Assembly: GCA_965248835.1 (NCBI GenBank)
Contig: CBDFLJ010000001.1
Coordinates: 544,001-608,000 of the forward strand
Reading direction: 5' to 3'
Source: Alphaproteobacteria bacterium
Lineage (GTDB): Bacteria > Pseudomonadota > Alphaproteobacteria > MPNO01
DNA length: 64,000 nucleotides
Made by a program: the position numbers and the translations under genes. How positions within the stretch are numbered: the stretch's first letter is position 1; each line of letters opens with the position of its first letter. Below, piece by piece: positions 46,937-55,766 of this stretch. The notes beneath the pieces were generated by a model that was not told the DNA's origin, searched no databases, and was given only the letters and a program-made list of their open reading frames with translations.

Positions 46937-47998
46937 ATGTTCGTGCGCAATTCGTGGTATGTGGCGGCCTTCTCGAGCGAGATCGGCCGCGCGCCGTTCG
47001 CCCGCACGATCCTCGGTGAGCCGTTGGTGCTATACCGCCGGGGCGACGGGTCGGTCGCGGCGTTGGAAGACCGGTGCTGCCACCGCGCCCTGCCGCTGTC
47101 GATGGGTCGGGTGGAGGGCGATGCGCTGCGCTGCGGCTATCACGGCCTGCTCTTCGATGCCGCCGGGACCTGCATCGAGGTGCCGGGTCAGACTCACGTC
47201 CCGCCAGGCGCGGCGGTCGGCGCCTATCCGGTCCACGAGCGCTGGGGCTGGGTGTGGATCTGGATGGGCCTATCCGAACGCGCCGATCCGGCGCAGATCC
47301 CCGACTGGTGGTGGATGGACCACCCCGACTGGCGGGTGGTCGAGGGCAACGGCGCGACGCCGCTGCACATGGAGTGCAACTACGAGCTGATCACCGACAA
47401 CCTGATGGACGTCTCGCACCTGACCTACGTCCATTCGTCCTCGATCGGGGCGGAGTCGATCCCGGACTTCCCGATCAGGACCGAGCGGCGCGGGCGGCTC
47501 GTGCGCATGACCCGATGGGTGCTCGACCGCCCGGCAGCGCCGTTCTACCAGGCCGCCGGCAAATTTCCCGGCAATGTCGACCGCTGGATGATCACCGACA
47601 CCGAGCTTCCCTGCCACACGGTCAACGATGTCGGTTGTGCGCCGGCGGGAGCGGGCGCCGCCGACGGCGACCGCACCCGGGCGGTCGAGTTCCGGGTCCT
47701 GAACGCCCCGACGCCGGAAACCGCGACGTCCACCCACTACTTCTATGCCCGCCCCCGCCGCTTCGCCCAGGACAGCGCCGAGATGGACGAGGTCTTCCGC
47801 ACCCGGTTCGATGCGGTCTTCATCGAGGACAAGGCGGTGCTGGAGGCCCAGCAGCGGCGGCTCGGCGCCGCGCCCCGTGCCGCGCGGATCGACATCAATG
47901 CCGACATCCCGGGACTCGCCGTCCGGCGCATGCTGCGGGCGATGATCGAAGAGGAGCGCGCCGCGGTGCAGGGGCGATTGTCGTCCGGCCGGAATTGA
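46937..47998 (+). CDS. Rieske oxygenase alpha subunit, VanA-like (O/N-demethylase type)
   Basis: RNSWYVAA, DRCCHR...CGYHG, DNLMDVSHLTYVH, TPET, ED. Confidence 0.92.
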   Translation: MFVRNSWYVAAFSSEIGRAPFARTILGEPLVLYRRGDGSVAALEDRCCHRALPLSMGRVEGDALRCGYHGLLFDAAGTCIEVPGQTHVPPGAAVGAYPVHERWGWVWIWMGLSERADPAQIPDWWWMDHPDWRVVEGNGATPLHMECNYELITDNLMDVSHLTYVHSSSIGAESIPDFPIRTERRGRLVRMTRWVLDRPAAPFYQAAGKFPGNVDRWMITDTELPCHTVNDVGCAPAGAGAADGDRTRAVEFRVLNAPTPETATSTHYFYARPRRFAQDSAEMDEVFRTRFDAVFIEDKAVLEAQQRRLGAAPRAARIDINADIPGLAVRRMLRAMIEEERAAVQGRLSSGRN

Positions 47999-48039
47999 AC
48001 CATTGTCTTGGCGATAAGGACCGATGGCAGGAGAGGATC

Positions 48040-48831
48040 ATGACCGCCCACGCGCACGACGAATTCCAGCTTGCACCGCCTTCAACCGGGTTCGGCGAGG
48101 TCCTCAACGAGGAGCTTGCGCATCTCGGCAACCGCATGCGCAACCACGCGATCGTCGAGGATGTCGAGGCCGGCAAGGCCTCGATGGCGCTGATCCGCGG
48201 ATTCACCAAGGAATTCCTGCCAATCGTGCGCGGCACATACCGCCGGATGGCGATGCGCCTGCAGCACGCGGCCTTCCACGACTACCACTTGCAGATGAAG
48301 CTGCTGCAGGAATGCGAGGAAGAGGTCTTCCACACGCCAATGTACCTGCGCTGGTGCGAGGCGATCGGGATGAGGATCCCCGAAGACCTGGTCGATGAAA
48401 TGTTCATCCCCGAGACCTATGCCTTCGTGCTGCTGCTGGATGCGGCATCGGCCGGCCGGGCCACCCTGGAGGAGACTTGCGGCCGGGTGTTCGAGCCCGA
48501 CGTCGCCTGGGACGGGTTCAACAACTATTCCCAGCAGTCCTCGCTGGTGCAGACGATCGCGATCAGCGGCTTCGCGCTGCGCGGCTTCCCGGTTGCCTCG
48601 GATCGGCTGCGCGACGGCTTCAAGGAGCATTACGGCTATAGCGACGAAGAGGTCGAGTTCTGGACCGAGCACGGCACCGTCGACATGGAGCACGCCGAGA
48701 TGGGCGTGGACATCATCGACCGCTACGCGACCACCCCGGGCTTGCAGAAGCGCGCGCGCGAGGCCGCGACCCTGAGCCTCGAGCTGTGGCTCCGCCAGTG
48801 GGATGCGGTCTACGCCAAATACCAGCACTGA
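48040..48831 (+). CDS. Heme-oxygenase-like diiron (TenA/PqqC/CADD) family enzyme
   Basis: ECEEEVFH (E-x6-H) and FWTEHGTVDMEH (H-x3-D-x2-H) metal motifs; SD GGAGAGG. Confidence 0.75.
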   Translation: MTAHAHDEFQLAPPSTGFGEVLNEELAHLGNRMRNHAIVEDVEAGKASMALIRGFTKEFLPIVRGTYRRMAMRLQHAAFHDYHLQMKLLQECEEEVFHTPMYLRWCEAIGMRIPEDLVDEMFIPETYAFVLLLDAASAGRATLEETCGRVFEPDVAWDGFNNYSQQSSLVQTIAISGFALRGFPVASDRLRDGFKEHYGYSDEEVEFWTEHGTVDMEHAEMGVDIIDRYATTPGLQKRAREAATLSLELWLRQWDAVYAKYQH

Positions 48832-48840
48832 GGCAACGCG

Positions 48841-51174
48841 ATGGGCGATCGGGGGATCGGGGCGAGCGTCCCGCGCAACGAGGACGCGCGCTTCCTGCAC
48901 GGCCGCGGCCAGTATGTCGGCGACATCGCGCTGCCGCGGACGCTGAACGCGGCGTTCCTGCGCTCTCCGGTAGCGCACGCCCGGGTCCGCGCGATCCGCA
49001 TCCCCGATGCGATCCGCGAGCATGTCTTCGTTGCGGCCGATCTTGAAGACGTCAAGCCGATCCGGGCAATCGCCTCGCTCGCCGGCTACAAGGCGTCCGA
49101 CTATCCGGTGCTGGCGACCGAAAAGGTGCGCTTCGTGGGCGAACCGGTGGCGGTCGCGGTTGCGGCCGAGCGCGGCGAGGCCGAGGACCTGATCGAACAG
49201 GTGGTCTTCGACTACGAGGCGCTGCCGGCGGCGGTCGAATCCCTGGAGGCGCGGGGGCCCGGCGCACCCCTGGTCCACGAGCACTGGGGCGACAACATCG
49301 TCCATTCCGGCGTCTTCCAGGCCGGCGAGATCGACCGTATCGCCGGCGAGGCGGCGCACGCGGTCACCCGATCCTTCAAGATCGGCCGTCAGGTCCACAT
49401 GCCCATGGAAAGCCGCGCGGCGCTCGCCCATTACGACACGCGGCTGGATGAGATCGTCATCTACAACTCCAACCAGATGCCGCATCTGATCCAGTCCGGC
49501 CTCGCCGACGTGCTCGGGATCGAGCAGCGCCGCGTCCGGGTGGTCTCGCCCGATGTCGGCGGCGGGTTCGGCTTGAAGATCTATGTCGAGCCCGAATGCG
49601 TCGTGGCGGCCTGGCTCGCCAGAAAGCTCGGCCGGCCGGTGCGCTGGATCGAGGACAATTTCGAGCACCTGACCGCCGATGCCAACTGCCGCGAGCACCG
49701 CTACACCATCACCGCCCACACCGACGGCGGCGGCAGGATCCTGGGCGTGGAGTTCGACGTCACCGTCGATGCCGGGGCCTATTCGATCTGGCCGTGGACT
49801 TCGGCGGTCGAGGCCGCCCAGGCCGGCGGCATCCTGACCTCGGCCTACGATTTCCGCCACTTTCGCGCCAAGGTCTCCACGGTCGCGACCAACAAGCCGC
49901 CGATCGTGGTCTACCGCGGCGTCGCGCGGCCCGGCGTGTGCTTCGCCGAGGAGCTGCTGATCGATGCGATCGCGCGCACCGTGGGGCGCGAACCGCACGA
50001 GGTCCGGATCGACAACATGGTCCGCGCCGAACAGATGCCGTATACCACCGTCACCAACAAGGTCTACGACAGCGGCGACTACCCGGCCTGCATCGGCAAA
50101 GCCGCCGAGATGATCGACGTCGCGGCCGTCCGCGCCCGCCAGAAGGCCGGCGCGGATGACGGGCGGCTGATCGGCGTCGGCTTCGGCTGCTATACCGAAC
50201 AGACCGCCCACGGCACCTCGGTGCTGTCGAAATGGGGGGTCGAGTTGGTCCCGGGCTTCGAGCCGGCGCGCGCCCGGCTGACGCCCGACGGCGAACTGGT
50301 GCTCGAAGTCGCGATCCATTCCCACGGTCAGGGCTTACAGACCACGCTGGCCCAGGTCGCAAGCGAGGTCCTGGGGCTCGACCCGAGTCGGATCGCGGTG
50401 CGGTTCGGCGACACCTCGGTCTCGCCCTACGGGACCGGGACCTACGCATCGCGCAGCATCGTGATGGCGGGCGGTGCGGTCGCGCTGGCAAGCCGCTCGC
50501 TTGCCGAGCGTATCGGCCATATCGGAGCGCACCTGCTGCAATGCGACCGCGCCGAGGTCAGGGTCGAGAACGCCGAGGTCCACGGTCCCGGCGGCAGCGT
50601 CGACTTCAAGGCCGTGGCCCGGGCCTGGTACGCCCATCCCGAGGAGCTGCCGCCCGACATCGACCGCGAGGGGTTGACGGTAACCAGCGGCTACCGCCCC
50701 GAGCCCGATTCGGGGGTCTTCTCATACGCCACCCACGCCGCGGTGATCGCGTTGGATCCCGAGCTCGGCGCGGTCGAGATCCTCGACTACGTCGTGGTCG
50801 AGGATTGCGGCCAGGTGGTCAACCCGATGATCGTCGACGGCCAGGTGATCGGCGGCACCGTGCAGGGGATCGGCACCGCGCTCTACGAGGAGGCGGTCTT
50901 CGATGCCGACGGCCAGCCGCTCAACGGCACGCTCGCCGACTACCAGATCCCCGGCGCGACCGAGGTTCCCGATATCCGCCTGTCGCACATGTCCACCCCA
51001 TCGCCGTGGACCGAGTTCGGCATCAAGGGGATGGGCGAGGGCGGGGCGATCGCGCCGCCGGCCGCGATCGGCAATGCGATCAACGACGCGCTGTCGGTCC
51101 TCGGCGTGGAGATCACCCAGTCGCCGATGACGCCGCGGCGGATCATGGCGGCGCTCGAGGAGGCGGGCCGATGA
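48841..51174 (+). CDS. Xanthine dehydrogenase/CoxL-family molybdopterin-binding large subunit
   Basis: RNEDARFLHGRGQY, VGGGFGLK, YRGVARP, HGQG, GTYASRS, KGMGEGG. Confidence 0.93.
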   Translation: MGDRGIGASVPRNEDARFLHGRGQYVGDIALPRTLNAAFLRSPVAHARVRAIRIPDAIREHVFVAADLEDVKPIRAIASLAGYKASDYPVLATEKVRFVGEPVAVAVAAERGEAEDLIEQVVFDYEALPAAVESLEARGPGAPLVHEHWGDNIVHSGVFQAGEIDRIAGEAAHAVTRSFKIGRQVHMPMESRAALAHYDTRLDEIVIYNSNQMPHLIQSGLADVLGIEQRRVRVVSPDVGGGFGLKIYVEPECVVAAWLARKLGRPVRWIEDNFEHLTADANCREHRYTITAHTDGGGRILGVEFDVTVDAGAYSIWPWTSAVEAAQAGGILTSAYDFRHFRAKVSTVATNKPPIVVYRGVARPGVCFAEELLIDAIARTVGREPHEVRIDNMVRAEQMPYTTVTNKVYDSGDYPACIGKAAEMIDVAAVRARQKAGADDGRLIGVGFGCYTEQTAHGTSVLSKWGVELVPGFEPARARLTPDGELVLEVAIHSHGQGLQTTLAQVASEVLGLDPSRIAVRFGDTSVSPYGTGTYASRSIVMAGGAVALASRSLAERIGHIGAHLLQCDRAEVRVENAEVHGPGGSVDFKAVARAWYAHPEELPPDIDREGLTVTSGYRPEPDSGVFSYATHAAVIALDPELGAVEILDYVVVEDCGQVVNPMIVDGQVIGGTVQGIGTALYEEAVFDADGQPLNGTLADYQIPGATEVPDIRLSHMSTPSPWTEFGIKGMGEGGAIAPPAAIGNAINDALSVLGVEITQSPMTPRRIMAALEEAGR

Positions 51175-52019
51175 AGGCGCCCGCGCTCGACTACACCAGG
51201 CCCGAAACGTTGGCAGCCGCGATCGCGGCGATGGCCGGTGCGGGCGACAGCGCCAAGCTGTTGGGCGGCGGCCAGTCACTGGGGCCGATGCTGAACCTGC
51301 GCCTGCTGCGTCCGGCGCTTCTGGTCGACATCTCGCGGCTCGCGGAGCTGTCGACGGTCGAGCAGACCGCCGAGGGCTTGCGTATCGGCGCCGCGGTCAC
51401 CCATTCGGCGATCGAGGACGGCGCGGTGCCGGATGCCACCAACGGGCTGATGGACTTCGTCGCCGGCCAGATCGCCTATCGCGCGGTGCGCAATTGCGGG
51501 ACCATCGGCGGCAGCCTGGCGCATGCCGATCCGGCCGGCGACTGGGCGCCGGTGATGATGGCGCTGGGCGCCTCGGTCGGGATCGAAGGCCCGGCCGGCC
51601 GGCGCGAGGTTGCGGTAAACGATCTGATCACCGATGTGATGACGGCCGCGCTTGCGCCCGAGGAGGTGCTGGTCGATATCCGCGTCCCGCATCTGTCGCC
51701 CGGCGCGCGCTGGGGCCATTACAAGCTGACGCGAAAGCCCGGCAAGTTCGCCGATGCGATTGCGGTGGTGGTCGCCGATGACGCGCGCGGCCATCACCGG
51801 GTCACCGTCGCCCGCCCGTCCGCGCCGCCCCGGCTGATGGCGCGGGCCGGCGCGGCGGTTGCAGCCGCCGCCGGCTGGTCGCAAGCGCTGGACCGTGGCA
51901 TCCGCGAGGCCGTGGCGGCCGACCTTGCAGCCGAGCCCAACCCCGACCCGGACCCGGTGCAGCAGCGATATCATATGGTGACCGTGGCCCGCGCCGCGCA
52001 CCGGGCGCTGACGTCATGA
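51171..52019 (+). CDS. CoxM-like FAD-binding subunit
   Basis: GGQSLGPMLNLR, AVRNCGTIGGSLAHADP; ATGA overlap. Confidence 0.92.
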   Translation: MKAPALDYTRPETLAAAIAAMAGAGDSAKLLGGGQSLGPMLNLRLLRPALLVDISRLAELSTVEQTAEGLRIGAAVTHSAIEDGAVPDATNGLMDFVAGQIAYRAVRNCGTIGGSLAHADPAGDWAPVMMALGASVGIEGPAGRREVAVNDLITDVMTAALAPEEVLVDIRVPHLSPGARWGHYKLTRKPGKFADAIAVVVADDARGHHRVTVARPSAPPRLMARAGAAVAAAAGWSQALDRGIREAVAADLAAEPNPDPDPVQQRYHMVTVARAAHRALTS

Positions 52020-52483
52020 GCGCGGTCCGGATGACGCTGAACGGCCGCGCGGTGGAGGCCGACATCCCGGCGCGGCGATCACTGGCCGATTACGTGCGCG
52101 ACCACGAGGGGCTGACCGGCACCCACCTGACCTGCGAGCTGGGGGTGTGCGGGGCGTGCACGGTGATGGTCGACGGTGCGCCGCGGCGTTCGTGCATCAC
52201 GCTTGCGGTGGCCTGCGACGGCCGCGAAATCCGCACCGTGGAAGGCTTCGAGGACGATCCGGTCATGGCGGTCATCCGGCGCTGCTTCTCGGCGGCCCAC
52301 GCGCTGCAGTGCGGCTATTGCACGCCCGGCATGCTGATCACCGCGCACGACATCGCAACACGGCTGCCGGACGCGGACCGCGATCGCATCCGGCTCGAGC
52401 TCAGCGGCAATCTATGCCGCTGCACCGGCTATATCGGCATCATAAACGCCATCGAAATGGCCTTGGCGGAGCTGCGCAAATGA
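52016..52483 (+). CDS. CoxS-like (2Fe-2S)-binding subunit
   Basis: CELGVCGAC, QCGYCTPG, NLCRCTGY. Confidence 0.95.
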   Translation: MSAVRMTLNGRAVEADIPARRSLADYVRDHEGLTGTHLTCELGVCGACTVMVDGAPRRSCITLAVACDGREIRTVEGFEDDPVMAVIRRCFSAAHALQCGYCTPGMLITAHDIATRLPDADRDRIRLELSGNLCRCTGYIGIINAIEMALAELRK

Positions 52484-53430
52484 CCATCCCCCGGCCCAGG
52501 CGGCTGACCCATGCCAACCTGTTCGTCGCCGACATGGAACGCTCGATGGATTTCTATCAATCGGTGATCGGGCTCGGCGAGTCCTATCGCCGGGTCAACA
52601 TCGGCGCGGGTTTCCTCACCAACGGCAACTCTCATCACGATATCGCGGTGATGGAGTTCGGCCGGGTCTATGCGGGAAAGCGCGATCCGGGCCGCACGAT
52701 CGGGCTCAACCATCTCGCCTTCGAGATGGAGAACGGCCTCGAGCTTGACCGTTGGTACCGCTCGGCGGCCGCCGCCGGTGCCGATATCCACCGCACCGTC
52801 GATCACGGCAACACTCATTCCTGCTACATGCTCGACCCCGACGGCAACCAGATCGAGGTCTATTGCGACACGATCAAGGAATGGTGGCACCTCAAGACCG
52901 GGGTGATGACGACGCCGTTGGACGATTGGGTGCCGGGCGAGGGCGAACCGTCGACGGAGCCGAAATATCTCCGGGACCCGGACATCGGCCGCCGCGAGGA
53001 CGCCCCGCTGCACCCCGTCAAGACGACCCATGCGGTTCTGGTGGCCGGCGATTTCGAGGCGTGCCTGGATTTCTATACCGGGATCGTCGGGCTTGCGCCG
53101 CTCAACGGCGGACGCGGCGAGCGGTGCTGCGTCCTGGCCGGCGGGTTGGGCACGCCGTGTCTCGCGCTGTTCCGCGCCGCGCAAGGCCTCGATCCCGGCT
53201 TCCACCACGTCGCGCTTTCGGCCTGGAGCGTCGAGGAGCTGATCGACTCGCGCGCCCGGCTCGCCGAGGCGGGCATCGCGATCGAGGCCGAGACCGACCA
53301 TCCGAGCCGTTACGCGCTCTGTGTGCGGGACCCGGACGGCTTTCGGGTTCAGGTCTATGCCGACCGGCCCGGCGGTTCCGCCGTCGACTGGACCGCCGAG
53401 GACGCAGCGCGGTCGGTCTATCTGGCATAG
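52480..53430 (+). CDS. Two-domain VOC family protein (extradiol dioxygenase-like)
   Basis: LTHANL, HHDIA, LNHLAFE, DPDGNQIE, second domain HHVA...DPDG; ATGA overlap. Confidence 0.85.
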   Translation: MTIPRPRRLTHANLFVADMERSMDFYQSVIGLGESYRRVNIGAGFLTNGNSHHDIAVMEFGRVYAGKRDPGRTIGLNHLAFEMENGLELDRWYRSAAAAGADIHRTVDHGNTHSCYMLDPDGNQIEVYCDTIKEWWHLKTGVMTTPLDDWVPGEGEPSTEPKYLRDPDIGRREDAPLHPVKTTHAVLVAGDFEACLDFYTGIVGLAPLNGGRGERCCVLAGGLGTPCLALFRAAQGLDPGFHHVALSAWSVEELIDSRARLAEAGIAIEAETDHPSRYALCVRDPDGFRVQVYADRPGGSAVDWTAEDAARSVYLA

Positions 53431-53442
53431 GACGAGGGCAGG

Positions 53443-54894
53443 ATGACCGATATCGCCTTTTTGCCGGCCAAGTCGCTGGCACGCATGATCCGGCGACGCA
53501 AGATCGGCTGCGTGGAGCTGCTGGACCACTATCTGGAACGGGTCGATCGGTACAACCCGGCGCTGAACGCGATCGTGGTCTTCGACATCGACAGGGCGCG
53601 CCGCCGTGCGCGCGACGCCGACCGCGCACTCGCCAAGGACGAGGTCTGGGGACCGTTGCACGGCGTGCCGATGACGGTGAAGGATTCCTTCGATGTGACC
53701 GGGTTGCCGACGACCTGGGGCGTGCCTGCCCACAAGGACAATATCGCGACCTCGAACGCGGTCTCGGTCGAGCGCTGGCTGGGCGCGGGGGCGGTGATCT
53801 TCGGCAAGACCAACATCCCGATCTGGCTCGCCGATGCGCAGAGCTTCAACGACTTCTACGGCCGCACCAACAGCCCATGGAACCTGGATTTGACGCCCGG
53901 CGGCTCCTCGGGCGGCGCGGCCGCCGCGCTTGCCGCGGGCATGACCGCAATCGAGATGGGCAGCGATATCGCGTCCTCGGTTCGAACACCTTCGGCGCTG
54001 TGCGGCCTGTTCGGCCACAAGCCGACCTTCGGGATCTGCCCCACCCGCGGCCATACGCTGAACGAGAACCTGCGGGCGCTCGACATCCTGGCGATCGGGC
54101 CGATGGGGCGTTCGGCGGACGACGTCGCGCTGGGCTTGTCGATCATTGCCGGCCCCGACGAGATCGAAGCCCCGGGCACGCGGCTTGCCCTGCCGGCGCC
54201 GCGTGAGAAGCGGCTCGGCGACTACAAGGTCGGGATCATCATCGATCACCCGACATCGAAGGTCGAAAATGCCGTGGCCGCGCTGCTGCAAAAGCTCGCC
54301 GATTTCCTGGCGCGGCAGAAGACCAGGATCAGCGACACCGCGCGGCCCGATTTCGACATCGAGGACGCCCACCGGACCTTCGATATCCTGCTGCGCTCGG
54401 CGACCTCGGGCCGGCTGAGCGATGACGAACAGGCGGATTTGCGCGGCCGACTCGCCGCCTTGCCGGCCGACGCCGACACCAAGCAGGCGCGCATGATGCG
54501 CGGCTGCACGCTGTCCCATCGCGACTGGATCCATCTCGACGAGAAGCGCCAACGGATGCGCTGGAAGTGGCACGCCTTCTTCAAGGACTACGACCTGATG
54601 CTGGCACCGGTGCTGTGCACCGCGGCCTTCCCGCACGTGACTACGCCGCCCTACGACCGCTCGATCACGATCGACGGCGAGGAGCGGGTCTTCATGGAGC
54701 AGATCTTCTGGTCGGGGTATTCCGGGATGTCCTACCTGCCGGCAAGTGCGGCGCCGATCGGGGTTACCGATGACGGACGGCCGGTCGGCGTGCAGATCAT
54801 CGGACCGCAAAACGGCGACCGGACGTGCCTGCATTTCGCGCGTCTGTTGGAGAAGGCGTATCAGGGCTTCGTCGTCCCGCCCGGATACGAATGA
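53443..54894 (+). CDS. Amidase-signature family amidase
   Basis: GVPMTVKD, GKTN, GGSSGG, GSDIASSVR. Confidence 0.93.
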   Translation: MTDIAFLPAKSLARMIRRRKIGCVELLDHYLERVDRYNPALNAIVVFDIDRARRRARDADRALAKDEVWGPLHGVPMTVKDSFDVTGLPTTWGVPAHKDNIATSNAVSVERWLGAGAVIFGKTNIPIWLADAQSFNDFYGRTNSPWNLDLTPGGSSGGAAAALAAGMTAIEMGSDIASSVRTPSALCGLFGHKPTFGICPTRGHTLNENLRALDILAIGPMGRSADDVALGLSIIAGPDEIEAPGTRLALPAPREKRLGDYKVGIIIDHPTSKVENAVAALLQKLADFLARQKTRISDTARPDFDIEDAHRTFDILLRSATSGRLSDDEQADLRGRLAALPADADTKQARMMRGCTLSHRDWIHLDEKRQRMRWKWHAFFKDYDLMLAPVLCTAAFPHVTTPPYDRSITIDGEERVFMEQIFWSGYSGMSYLPASAAPIGVTDDGRPVGVQIIGPQNGDRTCLHFARLLEKAYQGFVVPPGYE

Positions 54895-54909
54895 TCCGCC
54901 GCGGATGCT

Positions 54910-54938
54910 TTGACGGGCCGGCGCGCAGGCAATATCCT
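54910..54938 (+). promoter_or_regulatory. Putative sigma70 promoter of the Sec-GST gene
   Basis: TTGACG-N17-TATCCT. Confidence 0.6.
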
Positions 54939-54979
54939 TGTCGGACCGCCTACCGACACCGCTACTATCGAGGAAACAG

Positions 54980-55678
54980 ATGACCAAGAAGCACCACCTG
55001 ATCAGCTCGTTCACCTGACCCTGGGTCCAGCGCGCCGTGATCCTTTTGCGCGCAAAAGATGTCGATTTCGAGGTCACTTACATCAACCTGAGAGACAAGC
55101 CGGACTGGTTTCTCGAGATCTCGCCGCACGGCAAGGTCCCGGTCCTGGTCGTCGACGACCAGCCGCTGTTCGAATCCAACGCGATCGCCGAATATCTCGA
55201 CGAGATGGTCGCGCCCAGGCTCCACCCCGAGGACCCGATCAAGCGGGCGCGGAACCGGGCCTGGACCGACTTCGTACCGGATTTCTCCCGCGCGTTGATG
55301 GGCATCTACTACACCAAGACCAGGGAGGCGATGGAAGAAGGCCTGGCCGCCGCGCCCACGCGGGTCGCCAGGCTGGAAGAGGCCATCGCCAAGGAACGCG
55401 GCAATGACGGCCCCTATTTCAACGGCGCCCAACCGTGCCTCGTCGATGCCGCCTATGCGCCGTTCTTCCAGCGCTTCGACCTCGTCGAGCGCTATTTGAA
55501 GACCGGCCTCCTGGACGGGTTTCCGCTGGTCAAGGCATGGTCGGATACCTTGCTCGGGACCGAGCTGGTAACCGGTTCGGTGGTTTCGCATTTCGAGGAC
55601 GAGTTCATCGGCAACTTGCGGCGCAACGAACACTATGTCGCAACGCTGATCGATGCGGAGACGGTCGCGGCGGAATAG
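54980..55678 (+). CDS. Glutathione S-transferase (Cys/omega-like), probable selenoprotein with in-frame TGA at 55016-55018
   Basis: SD GAGG, then ATG-MTKKHHLISSFT-TGA-PWVQRAVILL; SPHGKVPVL, FESNAIAEYL; the TGA sits at the catalytic Cys of the C-P-[W/F/Y] motif. Confidence 0.85.
55040..55060 (+). promoter_or_regulatory. Candidate bacterial SECIS hairpin
   Basis: ATC(C)TTTTG-CGCG-CAAAAGAT stem-loop, loop about 30 nt after the UGA with G in loop position 2. Confidence 0.6.
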
Positions 55679-55711
55679 CCGGCGGCCTTCCGCAAACGAT
55701 CGAACGAGACG

Positions 55712-55744
55712 CGGCGGCCCGTTCCTTCCCGGAACGGGCCGCCG
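55712..55744 (+). terminator. Hairpin, putative terminator after the GST gene
   Basis: Perfect 14-bp stem CGGCGGCCCGTTCC-TTCCC-GGAACGGGCCGCCG; weak U tail. Confidence 0.6.
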
Positions 55745-55766
55745 TTCCAATTCGGATACCGCGATC

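Noticed and set aside
48841-52483. Aerobic CO dehydrogenase
   Set aside because: The loop is VYRGVAR rather than AYxCSFR (form I) or AYRGAGR (form II), and there are no cox accessory genes
52429-55077. Long antisense ORFs (also 7920-10466, 48082-50325, 27463-29388, 56492-58996)
   Set aside because: They shadow well-supported genes, have no motifs, and are expected from stop-codon scarcity in high-GC DNA
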